A stretch of 64,000 nucleotides of DNA, from the sequence record NC_052657.1, one strand, 5' to 3'. This document shows positions 18,784-28,002 of the stretch, piece by piece. Within the stretch, counting starts at the first letter, position 1. Each line of letters opens with the position of its first letter. The notes under the pieces are model-generated. The model was not told the origin of the DNA. It ran no database searches and saw nothing but the letters and a program-made list of their open reading frames with translations. The position numbers were made by a program, and so were the translations under genes. The DNA is from Escherichia phage muut.

Positions 18784-19588
18784 AGTCATATTCATAACTG
18801 GTGCAGGACTATCTGTGGATAGCGGTATCCCAGCTTTTAGAACAGATACTTCTTCAGGGAAGGCGTTATGGTCTTCTTATGATCTTTTTGAGGTCTGTGA
18901 CATTTTCAACTTCCGTGACGGTTATCAGCAAGAACAAGGTGTTCTTGATGCTATGGGTGGTTTAGATGCAGAAGGATATAACCTCTACCGTAAAACTCAC
19001 GACTTTTACAATAAACGTCGCGTGGAATTAGAGAAAGTTGACCCGAATCCAGCACATCTTCAGATTGGAGAATGGTTCAAAAAATATGGCCCAGAACGAA
19101 TTATTAACATTACTACTAACGTGGATGACCTCCTTGAACGAGCAGGAGTAGATAGGGAAGAAGTGCTACATGTGCACGGTTTTCTTCCTGAAATTACTTT
19201 TCAAAGAAAAGCTGGACAACCTACAATTGTAAAAGATGTTGGTTATCAAGCCATAGATGTAGATGACTACCATTATGTAAAACCTAATGTAATTTTCTTT
19301 GGGGAAGCTGCTCCACTTTACACGGATATGTATCATATTTTTGATACTTTGACCATGCAAGATTTGGTTGTTGTAGTAGGATGTTCAAACCAAGTTATCA
19401 ATTTTAATTGGGAATTATTCCCTGCACTTAATATGGGTACAAAAATGATCGTTGTTAACCCAGGAATTAATTACGAAGAAACTCTTCTTTACGAAGACAG
19501 AGGAGTTTTTGTTTATCGAGAAAAGGCCGCAGATGCTTTTAGCAATCCTGCTTTCATAAAAATGATAGAAGATCATTTGACTAAGTAA
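18773..19588 (+). CDS. Sir2-family NAD-dependent deacylase/ADP-ribosyltransferase-like protein
   Basis: ITGAGLSVDSGIPAFR, ITTNVDDLLERAG, VVVGCS motifs. Confidence 0.75.
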   Translation: MPRRVIFITGAGLSVDSGIPAFRTDTSSGKALWSSYDLFEVCDIFNFRDGYQQEQGVLDAMGGLDAEGYNLYRKTHDFYNKRRVELEKVDPNPAHLQIGEWFKKYGPERIINITTNVDDLLERAGVDREEVLHVHGFLPEITFQRKAGQPTIVKDVGYQAIDVDDYHYVKPNVIFFGEAAPLYTDMYHIFDTLTMQDLVVVVGCSNQVINFNWELFPALNMGTKMIVVNPGINYEETLLYEDRGVFVYREKAADAFSNPAFIKMIEDHLTK

Positions 19589-19595
19589 CTTGACC

Positions 19596-19616
19596 AAGGG
19601 GCGAAAGCCCCTTTTC
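19596..19616 (+). terminator. rho-independent terminator
   Basis: GGGGC-GAAA-GCCCC then TTTT (same hairpin as after lysozyme). Confidence 0.6.
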
Positions 19617-19631
19617 TTATAGGAGAATATT

Positions 19632-19889
19632 ATGACCACAGAACAAATCGTTAAAGACCATTTTATGATGCACTACGTTTATTACTTCAATAATAATCAA
19701 CAGAAAGGTGAGGGATTTTGTTATCTATCCGCACAACAAGGTTTTGGTATCCGTCAAGCAGATATTAACGGAGCAGTGGCTGGAATTACAAAAGGCTTGG
19801 TTGCAAACCTTAAAGATAATGTTGTTGTTGTCCCAACGTGCATCTCTTATCTCTCAACCTGCCCTGAAGAAGATTTTATGCATTCCTAA
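19632..19889 (+). CDS. hypothetical protein (85 aa)
   Basis: GGAG RBS. Confidence 0.5.
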   Translation: MTTEQIVKDHFMMHYVYYFNNNQQKGEGFCYLSAQQGFGIRQADINGAVAGITKGLVANLKDNVVVVPTCISYLSTCPEEDFMHS

Positions 19890-19956
19890 AACCTCCTGTA
19901 ACGCATTCTAACGCACTTTTTATTTTAGTAATACGTTTCCCTATCTAATGCAAACA

Positions 19957-19991
19957 AAAGCCCCTAGAATCACTTCTAGGGGTTTTATTTT
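19957..19991. terminator. bidirectional terminator at convergence of rightward and leftward blocks
   Basis: CCCCTAGAA-TCAC-TTCTAGGGG hairpin flanked by A-run and T-run. Confidence 0.45.
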
Positions 19992-20064
19992 AGTCTTCTG
20001 TAAAATATCCTATGACAACAATGATAAAGATGATTAACACTACGATACTCTCTAGTAAAGTCAT

Positions 20065-20286
20065 CTATAGATCTCGTTCATATAATTCAATTATCAATTC
20101 ATCCTCTGCTGTTATCGTACCAATTTGCCAAGTATGAAGATAAACCTCTGTATAAGAGTGTATCTTACTATCTAACAAGCACAACCACGTATTGTTGCTT
20201 ACCTTTTCTTGAATATGAACCTTAACCACGAAAGGGTGAGGGTTATCTACTAAGAAACCAATACTACCTTCTACAACTACAGACAT
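20065..20286 (-). CDS. hypothetical protein (73 aa)
   Basis: AGGAGG RBS. Confidence 0.5.
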   Translation of the reverse strand: MSVVVEGSIGFLVDNPHPFVVKVHIQEKVSNNTWLCLLDSKIHSYTEVYLHTWQIGTITAEDELIIELYERDL

Positions 20287-20332
20287 AATACCTCCTATTG
20301 TTTATGCTAAGACAAATAAAAACACACATACA

Positions 20333-20358
20333 AGAAAACCCGCCGAAGCGGGTTTATG
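20333..20358 (-). terminator. rho-independent terminator
   Basis: AAACCCGC-TTCG-GCGGGTTT then TTCTTG on minus strand. Confidence 0.5.
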
Positions 20359-20360
20359 TG

Positions 20361-20684
20361 TTATACAATGTGTTTTGTTTTAACGTGCGAAGATTTAAAA
20401 ATCTTATTATGTAATGAAATACAACTATCACGGAACACATAGTAGTTAACAACATCTGGTTTATCAACACAGAGTGTAGCCACAACTTTCATAGGTATAG
20501 ATACATTCTCACGAAGAGTAACACTACCTTTCAAACGTTCAGATGAAATGTGAATCAAACCTTCTTTTTCATCAATGATAACTTCTTTAACATTTTTGAA
20601 ATTATAACAAGAGTTGTCAACATAAGATACCCTTGCTTTTGTTTGCTTCTGTTTAGGACGAGAACCAGTGTTTATTTTTTGCAT
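20361..20684 (-). CDS. hypothetical protein (107 aa)
   Basis: AAGGA RBS. Confidence 0.5.
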   Translation of the reverse strand: MQKINTGSRPKQKQTKARVSYVDNSCYNFKNVKEVIIDEKEGLIHISSERLKGSVTLRENVSIPMKVVATLCVDKPDVVNYYVFRDSCISLHNKIFKSSHVKTKHIV

Positions 20685-20692
20685 AGTTTTCC

Positions 20693-20980
20693 TTATTTGC
20701 TTTCACGAGCAAAATAATAATTTTCATATTCATTACGTGTAACGATTTCTGGATGATCAGGTTCACCGTAACTAAGTTTAATTTCAGGATACACTTTGGT
20801 GTTGAATAGACACGTAACACCTCTCATATAATATCCTGTAGGACTTAAAACAACATCATCTTCACTTACACTTGAGAATTTTATTTCACCATTAGTATCT
20901 TTGACGACAATAAGAGCATGTTCAGGCCAATCAAGATTCTCTTCTTTCAGTTTTTCATAAACTTCTTGCACTAGTTCCAT
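20693..20980 (-). CDS. hypothetical protein (95 aa)
   Basis: GAGGAGG RBS. Confidence 0.55.
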   Translation of the reverse strand: MELVQEVYEKLKEENLDWPEHALIVVKDTNGEIKFSSVSEDDVVLSPTGYYMRGVTCLFNTKVYPEIKLSYGEPDHPEIVTRNEYENYYFARESK

Positions 20981-20989
20981 ATTGCCTCC

Positions 20990-21163
20990 TCAGATTACAA
21001 ATTTTTCTTCTTCTGGTTTCTCGTAGTTGGGAGAATAAACGTGGGATGGATTAAAACCTTTAAAGCTACCTCGCCCTTTTCGTGGACAATTGAATGTTTT
21101 AGCTTTGTGATCACCAAAAGATTTACCACAATGTACACATTTATAATTGGTATCTTTGAACAT
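20990..21163 (-). CDS. small zinc-finger protein (57 aa)
   Basis: GGAG RBS; CVHCGK...CPRKG; replaces ORF-track 20995..21192 in another frame. Confidence 0.45.
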   Translation of the reverse strand: MFKDTNYKCVHCGKSFGDHKAKTFNCPRKGRGSFKGFNPSHVYSPNYEKPEEEKFVI

Positions 21164-21214
21164 TTTACTCTCCTTTGAAAGATAGGCTGCACAGCAGTAC
21201 AGCCTTTTAAAAAA

Positions 21215-21319
21215 TTAGTGTTTAAATTTTTCGATTACTTCGTCAACTTTAGCGATGATAACATCTTGGTACTTGTGACCAAAATAACCAACAACAACAC
21301 CAACAATAAACGTCATCAT
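21215..21319 (-). CDS. small hydrophobic peptide (34 aa)
   Basis: ATG directly after upstream stop, AAGGAGAAG RBS. Confidence 0.3.
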   Translation of the reverse strand: MMTFIVGVVVGYFGHKYQDVIIAKVDEVIEKFKH

Positions 21320-21919
21320 TTACTTCTCCTTTTTAACTATAATGGCTTCTTCATTCAGAGTAAACAGCAAGGAAGATGTATCACCAACACACCTTGCACC
21401 TGGAATGAGTTCTAAAATTTTAGAGGATATAGCAATAGTATCTTCATCCAGTACATATTCTCCAGGTAACAATCTTAATGTTATTGGAAAATCTACGGAT
21501 GCCAAACCAGAGAACATCCCATCATTAAGAAGAACAACTTCTAAACCGTTACCTTCTTGTTGAGCATTATGCACTTTTTCCGGTAAGAAGTCAATACATT
21601 GATTTAAAATTTCCACATTTAATTCTACACCAGTACGAGCTTTATAAACTCTAGCCAAATCTATGATCCGAGGATCAATACTGGCGTAAGGGGATTCTAG
21701 GTGTTTTGGATCAATAGGAGCAACGCGCAATTTACCATCGAGAGATATCCACGTTACAATCCACATTTCACCAATCCCAGGTTGATCTCGCGCAGTAAGG
21801 AATTCTACTAATGCTCCAGGATTAGGCATTATGTAATCTTGTGTGATCAACATGTTCTTTACTCGCAAAAGCATTCCTGGCTTTAGTAAGCCCTTCTCAC
21901 CACTCCAATATTCTTTCAT
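21320..21919 (-). CDS. hypothetical protein (199 aa)
   Basis: ATG with GCAGGAG RBS 45 nt inside ORF-track ORF. Confidence 0.5.
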   Translation of the reverse strand: MKEYWSGEKGLLKPGMLLRVKNMLITQDYIMPNPGALVEFLTARDQPGIGEMWIVTWISLDGKLRVAPIDPKHLESPYASIDPRIIDLARVYKARTGVELNVEILNQCIDFLPEKVHNAQQEGNGLEVVLLNDGMFSGLASVDFPITLRLLPGEYVLDEDTIAISSKILELIPGARCVGDTSSLLFTLNEEAIIVKKEK

Positions 21920-21932
21920 TTTTACTCCTGCT

Positions 21933-22205
21933 TTAATGTCGTAGTTCACTAAACTTACAAACAAAGTGAACGTTAAGAAAAGTTAGTTTTCGATCTGGTG
22001 TAAACTCTGTTACTGTTTTATACACCTGTGCAATACCGAACCTGTTGACAGCAGGTACTGACAATTGGCTTATACATTTCATAGCTGACAGTTTTGCCTC
22101 TTCTTCAGATGCAAAATAAGTAAACATACCTTCTTCGTCAACTATAATTTCTTGTGTAACACAATCTACAAAACAAAAGAAAACATTAGGTAATTTTTCC
22201 GACAT
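21933..22205 (-). CDS. hypothetical protein (90 aa)
   Basis: ORF, weak RBS. Confidence 0.45.
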   Translation of the reverse strand: MSEKLPNVFFCFVDCVTQEIIVDEEGMFTYFASEEEAKLSAMKCISQLSVPAVNRFGIAQVYKTVTEFTPDRKLTFLNVHFVCKFSELRH

Positions 22206-22206
22206 A

Positions 22207-22419
22207 TTAGTTGTTCCTGTACTTAGAGAACAAAGTATTGACTAACCAGTCAGCAAACAGTAATCCGAGTGTACCAATACCGTAACCGATAAGCATAATG
22301 TAAGGCACTGCCTTATTTTCATTACCTGTCATTACTTCAGGAAAAATCAAAAACACAATACCGTTACCAACGATAATCCAGAACATAAGAAACACAAACA
22401 TACGAAGCAACATTGTCAT
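22207..22419 (-). CDS. small membrane protein (70 aa)
   Basis: AAGGAGG RBS; two hydrophobic segments. Confidence 0.5.
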   Translation of the reverse strand: MTMLLRMFVFLMFWIIVGNGIVFLIFPEVMTGNENKAVPYIMLIGYGIGTLGLLFADWLVNTLFSKYRNN

Positions 22420-22420
22420 A

Positions 22421-22603
22421 TTATTCTTCCTCCTTCACTTCTTCAACTTTACGAAGCATACGTTTATCAAATGTAGCTTTCTGTAGTTGTTCATTAACAT
22501 CAAACCACACCACTTCGCAAGTATCGTAGGTAGATACCATTACAGTCATTAACATTTCTTCACTAGCAAGACGTACAATATCACCTGTTTTAATATTTAC
22601 CAT
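22421..22603 (-). CDS. hypothetical protein (60 aa)
   Basis: GGAGGAG RBS. Confidence 0.45.
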   Translation of the reverse strand: MVNIKTGDIVRLASEEMLMTVMVSTYDTCEVVWFDVNEQLQKATFDKRMLRKVEEVKEEE

Positions 22604-23007
22604 AACTCCTCCAGAAGTTTACCAAGTTTAGTTTTAAATTCATTATCCCACGCTATACGAACTATGTCAAGATCACCTTGTGCATTACGTTTTGTATCTA
22701 AGTAGTAACCACCATGCTCATAGCGGTGTTTTATATGCTCGATCAGACGTTCTTTACCACTCTTGGATAAATAGTCATCAAATTCCCCATTGAAAAGGTC
22801 TAAGATTGTTTGTCTATTATCTCCTAATTGAGTGATTCTAAAACTAATCAAAGATCCCTGTAAACCTATATCTGTTTGTTTAAGAGAAAACCCATGACCA
22901 AAGCCGCCTGTAACTATAACAAGCGGTTTTCCTGTGATAGAGCTTTTAATAACATCTTGCTTAGGTTCTGCCAAAGATGTTAGAAACTCTTTTAACCATT
23001 TGAACAT
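22597..23007 (-). CDS. hypothetical protein (136 aa)
   Basis: GGAGAG RBS. Confidence 0.5.
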   Translation of the reverse strand: MFKWLKEFLTSLAEPKQDVIKSSITGKPLVIVTGGFGHGFSLKQTDIGLQGSLISFRITQLGDNRQTILDLFNGEFDDYLSKSGKERLIEHIKHRYEHGGYYLDTKRNAQGDLDIVRIAWDNEFKTKLGKLLEELW

Positions 23008-23112
23008 AAACTCTCCTGTGTGGCGTGGCTTTGCCTAAGCGCCGAAGGCGCGGATCAAATATAAGCTGAATTTATTACGCCCAGGTAGCCAGGGCGCATA
23101 AATATCAGAAAT

Positions 23113-23361
23113 TTACCATCGAATAACTATTCGAGTAAAGTTTTCATCGTAATGAGATGTTTCTGTATCAATAAAAGTTGAAAAACCTTCAGCATCCAAG
23201 CTAACTTTTACGAAAGTTGGATAGAGCGTGTATATAGCAGCTTCTCTGTCTCCATCTTTAGCTGCTCTTTCAATATACGCGTAGACGTTTTGTAAACTCT
23301 CTTTTGCTTTGTTAAGTTCTGCGTTTTCTGCCAGTTCTCTCATTTTATCTGCTACAGTCAT
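23113..23361 (-). CDS. hypothetical protein (82 aa)
   Basis: ATGA overlap with upstream gene. Confidence 0.5.
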   Translation of the reverse strand: MTVADKMRELAENAELNKAKESLQNVYAYIERAAKDGDREAAIYTLYPTFVKVSLDAEGFSTFIDTETSHYDENFTRIVIRW

Positions 23362-23621
23362 TTGTCAGTATCCTTTTCAATAAATCCTGTGGTTTTACAA
23401 GGCACACATTCATACATTTGTCCAACATCTGCAACTACCCAACCCATTCCACTGCAATAAGGGCAGATTGTTTTGTTCTCTTTAGCATACACAGCCAGAA
23501 GTCTTTCTTCTAGCTTATTGTAATCAGCAAGAAGAACATAATCCCCTTCTGGATCTGGTACAATATCACATTGACCAGCAGCACCTTGGCTGTACACCTC
23601 TAAGTCATATCGTGTAACCAT
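23358..23621 (-). CDS. hypothetical protein with CxxC pairs (87 aa)
   Basis: ATG overlapping upstream stop (TAATG), GGAG RBS; paralog of 28765..28989. Confidence 0.45.
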   Translation of the reverse strand: MVTRYDLEVYSQGAAGQCDIVPDPEGDYVLLADYNKLEERLLAVYAKENKTICPYCSGMGWVVADVGQMYECVPCKTTGFIEKDTDK

Positions 23622-23839
23622 TATTCCCACTCCGCAATCAGTTTTGGATTTTCTGCACGAGAATAGAATGTTGTAATGTCACCGTAAGTGTACTCTTGTT
23701 CCGACAGTTTTACAAGAGAGATCATTTCACGATCTGGAGTACCGGAGATCCAATCGAACACAGCAACACCCCGAGGTGTTACATAGAAACCAGATGTATT
23801 ACCCGTAAACTTATCTTTTGCTTTATATAATTTGTACAC
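23621..23839 (-). CDS. hypothetical protein (72 aa)
   Basis: GTG start with GAGGAG RBS. Confidence 0.45.
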   Translation of the reverse strand: MYKLYKAKDKFTGNTSGFYVTPRGVAVFDWISGTPDREMISLVKLSEQEYTYGDITTFYSRAENPKLIAEWE

Positions 23840-23884
23840 TTTCTACTCCTCATAGATAAAATCTATTAAAAACCTGCTATCAAT

Positions 23885-23945
23885 CGGTACAAACAGTTTT
23901 ACTTTTCGTAAAAAACATGCTACCCTAATCTTATATACCGAGCGA
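23885..23945 (+). promoter_or_regulatory. conserved element copy A (18-mer AAAAACATGCTACCCTAA plus GAGCGAnAGCGAG)
   Basis: Near-identical to element at 52327-52433; plus orientation inside a minus-strand gene block. Confidence 0.3.
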
Positions 23946-24046
23946 TAGCGAGGTAGAGAATATTCCATGTTATACATGGAAAGAGTATATGTAATGTTAC
24001 TAACTCTATAACTAACTATATACTCTTTATACCTTACTTACTACTC

Positions 24047-24289
24047 TTATTGAAGTTCAAAGATATCCCCATCTCCATCATATCCATACTCTAACTCTCC
24101 TGTATCATATAATACAATAAAGTCTGTATCATCTTCAATAAAAGATTTAGCATAATCTACTAACTCTTCATTATCTTCATACCCTTCCAGGTACTCAATA
24201 CGACCATTGATACATTTAGCTGCAACAACTCCTGGGCCATTGCTTGGAGTCCACTCACTGTATACTCGCATACCTAATTCTTTAATCAT
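24047..24289 (-). CDS. hypothetical acidic protein (80 aa)
   Basis: ATG with GAGGAG RBS 21 nt inside ORF-track ORF. Confidence 0.45.
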   Translation of the reverse strand: MIKELGMRVYSEWTPSNGPGVVAAKCINGRIEYLEGYEDNEELVDYAKSFIEDDTDFIVLYDTGELEYGYDGDGDIFELQ

Positions 24290-24506
24290 TGTTTGTCTCC
24301 TCATAATCAATGTAGTTGTAACACTTATTCTTTAAGAAATCTTCTGCTTGTTTCTTGTGTTTTAGAATGATGCACTTCTCTTTATTCTGTTCTACATCAT
24401 TATGTAGATTGTATAAGTTAGATGCACCATACAGAATACCAATTAACAAAAGCAAAAAGATTGCTGTTGATAACAAAAATTGTTGCAACTTGTTTACAGA
24501 CTTCAT
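24282..24506 (-). CDS. small membrane-anchored protein (74 aa)
   Basis: AGGAGGG RBS; N-terminal TM; paralog of 29294..29503. Confidence 0.5.
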   Translation of the reverse strand: MKSVNKLQQFLLSTAIFLLLLIGILYGASNLYNLHNDVEQNKEKCIILKHKKQAEDFLKNKCYNYIDYEETNND

Positions 24507-24559
24507 AAACCCTCCTTATCGTTAGTACACATTGATACTAACAAGAAGTTAAGATCGTG

Positions 24560-24733
24560 TCAACATCTTTGTGTTAATTTTATCCACTGTTCACATTCTT
24601 CTTTTGTGTCGTACTCTACAGGCTTCCCTGTATCATTTCCACAACCATCTCCGAACGTAGCCCACCAGGAGAATAGAAAACAAGTTTCTCTTACTCTCCA
24701 CTTATTGGCATAGGGTACAACATAATAACTCAT
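24560..24733 (-). CDS. small protein (57 aa)
   Basis: ATGA overlap with upstream stop; below ORF-track cut-off. Confidence 0.35.
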   Translation of the reverse strand: MSYYVVPYANKWRVRETCFLFSWWATFGDGCGNDTGKPVEYDTKEECEQWIKLTQRC

Positions 24734-24981
24734 AAGATTGTGATCCTTAGCTCATTTTCTAAGGTATGTCTCACACACTCTTTGAAATTGTTATCAATAT
24801 ACACCACACGTACTCCATGAGGTGTGTCTTTACATTCAAACACATTATATACAGTATCAGATAAGACATGTTGTACGTTTACTTGTCCAATGCCATTTTT
24901 AACCACAACCATTACTTTCAGTAAACTTGTATGGTTTTTAACTTCATCTTCTACATATGCTACAACATCTTTGATATTCAT
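24730..24981 (-). CDS. hypothetical protein (83 aa)
   Basis: GGAG RBS. Confidence 0.5.
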   Translation of the reverse strand: MNIKDVVAYVEDEVKNHTSLLKVMVVVKNGIGQVNVQHVLSDTVYNVFECKDTPHGVRVVYIDNNFKECVRHTLENELRITIL

Positions 24982-25277
24982 GGTTTCTCCTGTTTAAGTA
25001 CGATATAAGATTGACGAGATTTCCATCGCCCTATCTTAACAAGGCAAATAATGCCTCTCTTTAACAGATATTTCATATCTTCGTCATAAGCTGTTTGCAA
25101 TTGCCACTTACTGTTAACAGGAAGAGAACCATGTACCCTTAAATGAGCTAACAGATACTTTCTTCGCTCCTTCCCATAAGGCAGATATTGCCATTCTTTC
25201 TTTGATACAGGTTCATGTACTTTACGATGCCAGTAAGTAAGGTGTCTTCTTTTATGTAAACCCCTATTCCTTACCAT
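24978..25277 (-). CDS. hypothetical basic protein (99 aa)
   Basis: GGAGG RBS. Confidence 0.5.
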   Translation of the reverse strand: MVRNRGLHKRRHLTYWHRKVHEPVSKKEWQYLPYGKERRKYLLAHLRVHGSLPVNSKWQLQTAYDEDMKYLLKRGIICLVKIGRWKSRQSYIVLKQEKP

Positions 25278-25516
25278 TATACCTCTACCTCCGTTACCCC
25301 AGGATCTCTAGTCCAGGTATAGTAGAGCATACCATCTTCTTTCAGTGCAATGCGATCACTTTCGTCTCGAAGATATAGGTCACATACTACGCGCAGTTGC
25401 GGATCTGATCCGAGTAGTTCTGAAACAATAAGGTCATCACCGCTCATACGAGCAACAATCACTGCATATTGACCAGTATCTGCATCAAAAATTGGTTGTC
25501 CGATGTTTAATTGCAT
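25277..25516 (-). CDS. hypothetical protein (79 aa)
   Basis: AAGGAG RBS. Confidence 0.5.
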   Translation of the reverse strand: MQLNIGQPIFDADTGQYAVIVARMSGDDLIVSELLGSDPQLRVVCDLYLRDESDRIALKEDGMLYYTWTRDPGVTEVEV

Positions 25517-25701
25517 TGTGTTGTCTCCTTATTCAGTACGTTGTTTTGTGCTGCGCACCAGCACTCATAAAAACCTTGGGTTAATGGCATAGTGTAGTTT
25601 CCAGAAGGATCTCTTTCGAGATCCCCATCTGCATAACAACCACTACCTAAGAACCATTTTTCAAAATCGGATAAATCATCCCAATCTACACTATTTTTCA
25701 T
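25507..25701 (-). CDS. hypothetical protein (64 aa)
   Basis: ATG 1 nt after upstream stop; the 5' part of the ORF-track ORF overlaps the upstream gene. Confidence 0.4.
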   Translation of the reverse strand: MKNSVDWDDLSDFEKWFLGSGCYADGDLERDPSGNYTMPLTQGFYECWCAAQNNVLNKETTQCN

Positions 25702-25702
25702 A

Positions 25703-26161
25703 TTATACTGTCTTATACCCGACAATAGCAACCTGATTCGTAGGCTTCCAACGACCAATAATCTCACCAGAAATCTCTGTGCTACCATTTATGTATTGGT
25801 AATGGGTATCATCATGATTAACCCACGCCATAACGTCAAGAGTAGGGGTTTTGACGTGTACCAGTAGTGTAGCCCATTCTGGGGCTTCTTTAATATCCAC
25901 AGAATCTTGCCAATCTTCTTCGATGTGCCAAGTAGGTTCACCATCAACATCTGTAACGAAGAAACGAGCTTTCATACGTTTAAAGAACATTGGTGTATAC
26001 CCATGATCGCACTCTGGGATAAAATCATCCATCGTCTCGTCATAGGTGAAATATTGTCCATCTTTGTAATGAAAAGATGCACAAAATAGTTCATTACGAG
26101 CAGGAACATGCCATACAGCTACAAAACTACGACCATGTGGATAATGTTTAACCTCTTTCAT
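25703..26161 (-). CDS. hypothetical protein (152 aa)
   Basis: ORF. Confidence 0.5.
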   Translation of the reverse strand: MKEVKHYPHGRSFVAVWHVPARNELFCASFHYKDGQYFTYDETMDDFIPECDHGYTPMFFKRMKARFFVTDVDGEPTWHIEEDWQDSVDIKEAPEWATLLVHVKTPTLDVMAWVNHDDTHYQYINGSTEISGEIIGRWKPTNQVAIVGYKTV

Positions 26162-26176
26162 AGTTTTCTCCTTATT

Positions 26177-26521
26177 TTATTCAAAAGAATCAATTCGATT
26201 TTGTTCTATGTCAATTGCAGCATCTAAGATAAGTTTTAATGCTTCGAATTGCAAGTCTTCCTCTAAAGAGAAGACATATAAAACAACAGATTCCAAGTAA
26301 GACAGCACCCCAAGACTAAGAGTTGCAATTTCTACTCCTGCATCGGAGAAGCCTGTTTGCAAAATTTCTTTGAAGAAACGTTGTTTATCAACAATAGCAG
26401 ATAAAATAAGCGTTTTACGCTCGTCTGCTGATCGTACTGTGCAGTATATGTTGCTAAAAGAATCTAACCACATTTTGATCATACCTTGTCGGTACATAAG
26501 GATTTCAATATCAGCCAACAT
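26177..26521 (-). CDS. hypothetical protein (114 aa)
   Basis: ATG with GGAGAA RBS 1 nt after upstream stop. Confidence 0.45.
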   Translation of the reverse strand: MLADIEILMYRQGMIKMWLDSFSNIYCTVRSADERKTLILSAIVDKQRFFKEILQTGFSDAGVEIATLSLGVLSYLESVVLYVFSLEEDLQFEALKLILDAAIDIEQNRIDSFE

Positions 26522-26522
26522 A

Positions 26523-26690
26523 TTATTTCTCCTCTGGAGAAAGGTTTGCATTAACTTGATAGTAAAAATCAAAATCCTTGTGTTGATCGCACCATTCTTG
26601 AGCTTCTTTAAATGACGCAAATTGCATAGTGAATGTTGCCATCCACGTGTTCATACTTTTATTGAACTTGTCGATAAAAAATGTTTGCAT
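26523..26690 (-). CDS. hypothetical protein (55 aa)
   Basis: ATG with GGGAGGA RBS overlapping upstream stop. Confidence 0.45.
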   Translation of the reverse strand: MQTFFIDKFNKSMNTWMATFTMQFASFKEAQEWCDQHKDFDFYYQVNANLSPEEK

Positions 26691-26908
26691 TATTCCTCCC
26701 ATTTTATCCAAAGGCAGTATTCTGGAACATAAACCTCCTTCCCTTTGTTATTTACAAAGGTGTACTCCACAAATTCTGCTTTATATGTTTTGTTATATTC
26801 CTGTGCTGCTGGCACAGGACATTTTGTAATGCGCGTTTCAGTCCAACGGCGGTGTATAACCGCCTTGTTCTTTGGATCAAACGGATGTATAAAGTGTGTT
26901 TTACTCAT
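26690..26908 (-). CDS. hypothetical protein (72 aa)
   Basis: ATG overlapping end of upstream gene. Confidence 0.4.
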   Translation of the reverse strand: MSKTHFIHPFDPKNKAVIHRRWTETRITKCPVPAAQEYNKTYKAEFVEYTFVNNKGKEVYVPEYCLWIKWEE

Positions 26909-27305
26909 GCGCCATTTCCACAAGATTTTTAATCATAGTTTCTCGACAGAGATTCCACATATCTGAAGCAACCATAGAAGCATATTCATCGGGGTTGGAT
27001 TCTGGTAAAACCTCTTTAACTGCTTCTGGCGTTGGGCTGCACATAGCAGGTAGTGCTTTAAGTGCATCTTCAATAGAGAGCTTCTTACCTTCACTGTAAA
27101 TAACTTCGTAAGCATAGTCATTTACATCTTCTGGAATATCTTGATCCAGGTAACGCACAGTCGAGTTATGCATTTTGTTCATAGCTTCACTAACACCAGC
27201 GCCACAAAGCTGTGCAACTTCTTTAGAGATACAGTCACAAATAACAACTTCGTAAGGCTTTCCACCATAATACTGCGCATTATATTTGATTTTAACAGAC
27301 CACAT
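26901..27305 (-). CDS. hypothetical protein (134 aa)
   Basis: AAGGAGAG RBS. Confidence 0.5.
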   Translation of the reverse strand: MWSVKIKYNAQYYGGKPYEVVICDCISKEVAQLCGAGVSEAMNKMHNSTVRYLDQDIPEDVNDYAYEVIYSEGKKLSIEDALKALPAMCSPTPEAVKEVLPESNPDEYASMVASDMWNLCRETMIKNLVEMAHE

Positions 27306-27315
27306 ATTACTCTCC

Positions 27316-28002
27316 TTATTTAACGTGTTTTAGCAATTCAATGTTAGCAGAATAATTTTCACCACAATTGGTAACGCTCAACAGTGACCATTTACAAGAG
27401 AATACACCTTTTAGATGATCTGGAACACACATTAGCGGAACATAAACTGTTTCTGAATCTTGTGTTTGCTCTGTTTTGTTAACATTGCAACAAAATGGCA
27501 ATACATCATCATGAATCATTTTACATTCACTCAAATTATCTAACATATGTGAAACTTGTTCTGAAGTTTCAAACATTTGTGCTTCACAAGCCAGCGCACC
27601 AACCACTTGATAAGCCTCTCCACACAAATCTTCTAGCTCTAAGATACGTTCAGACATAGCTTCAATGATGGCTGATCGTGCTTTCACCTTAGTTTCTGCT
27701 TCTTTAATTTTCTTCTCAAGTTCTGCAATGTACTTCAGTAGTGCACTAACAACATCTGGAGTATTTTCTTGATCATCTTGGGAAATTTTTACCAAAGAAG
27801 AAGCTGCTTTGCAGCGCACTTTAGGCTCTACGTAGCCAAAAGTCATATTTTCCGAAGAAGATTGTTGTGAAAACCAGTGTTTGTTCGAAGAAAACACAGG
27901 TTCATCTTCAAACCAGAACACATCTCCAGTGATATCACGAGCCATGAAATTTGCATTGTCTGGAACTTCGTAACGATGCCCTTCAAACATAATCTCTTTC
28001 AT
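27316..28002 (-). CDS. hypothetical protein (228 aa)
   Basis: GGAGGA RBS. Confidence 0.5.
   Translation of the reverse strand: MKEIMFEGHRYEVPDNANFMARDITGDVFWFEDEPVFSSNKHWFSQQSSSENMTFGYVEPKVRCKAASSLVKISQDDQENTPDVVSALLKYIAELEKKIKEAETKVKARSAIIEAMSERILELEDLCGEAYQVVGALACEAQMFETSEQVSHMLDNLSECKMIHDDVLPFCCNVNKTEQTQDSETVYVPLMCVPDHLKGVFSCKWSLLSVTNCGENYSANIELLKHVK

Noticed and set aside
20995-21192. ORF-track ORF 20995..21192 (65 aa)
   Set aside because: No RBS and hydrophobic low-complexity translation; a different frame (20990..21163) gives a zinc-finger protein with a strong GGAG RBS.
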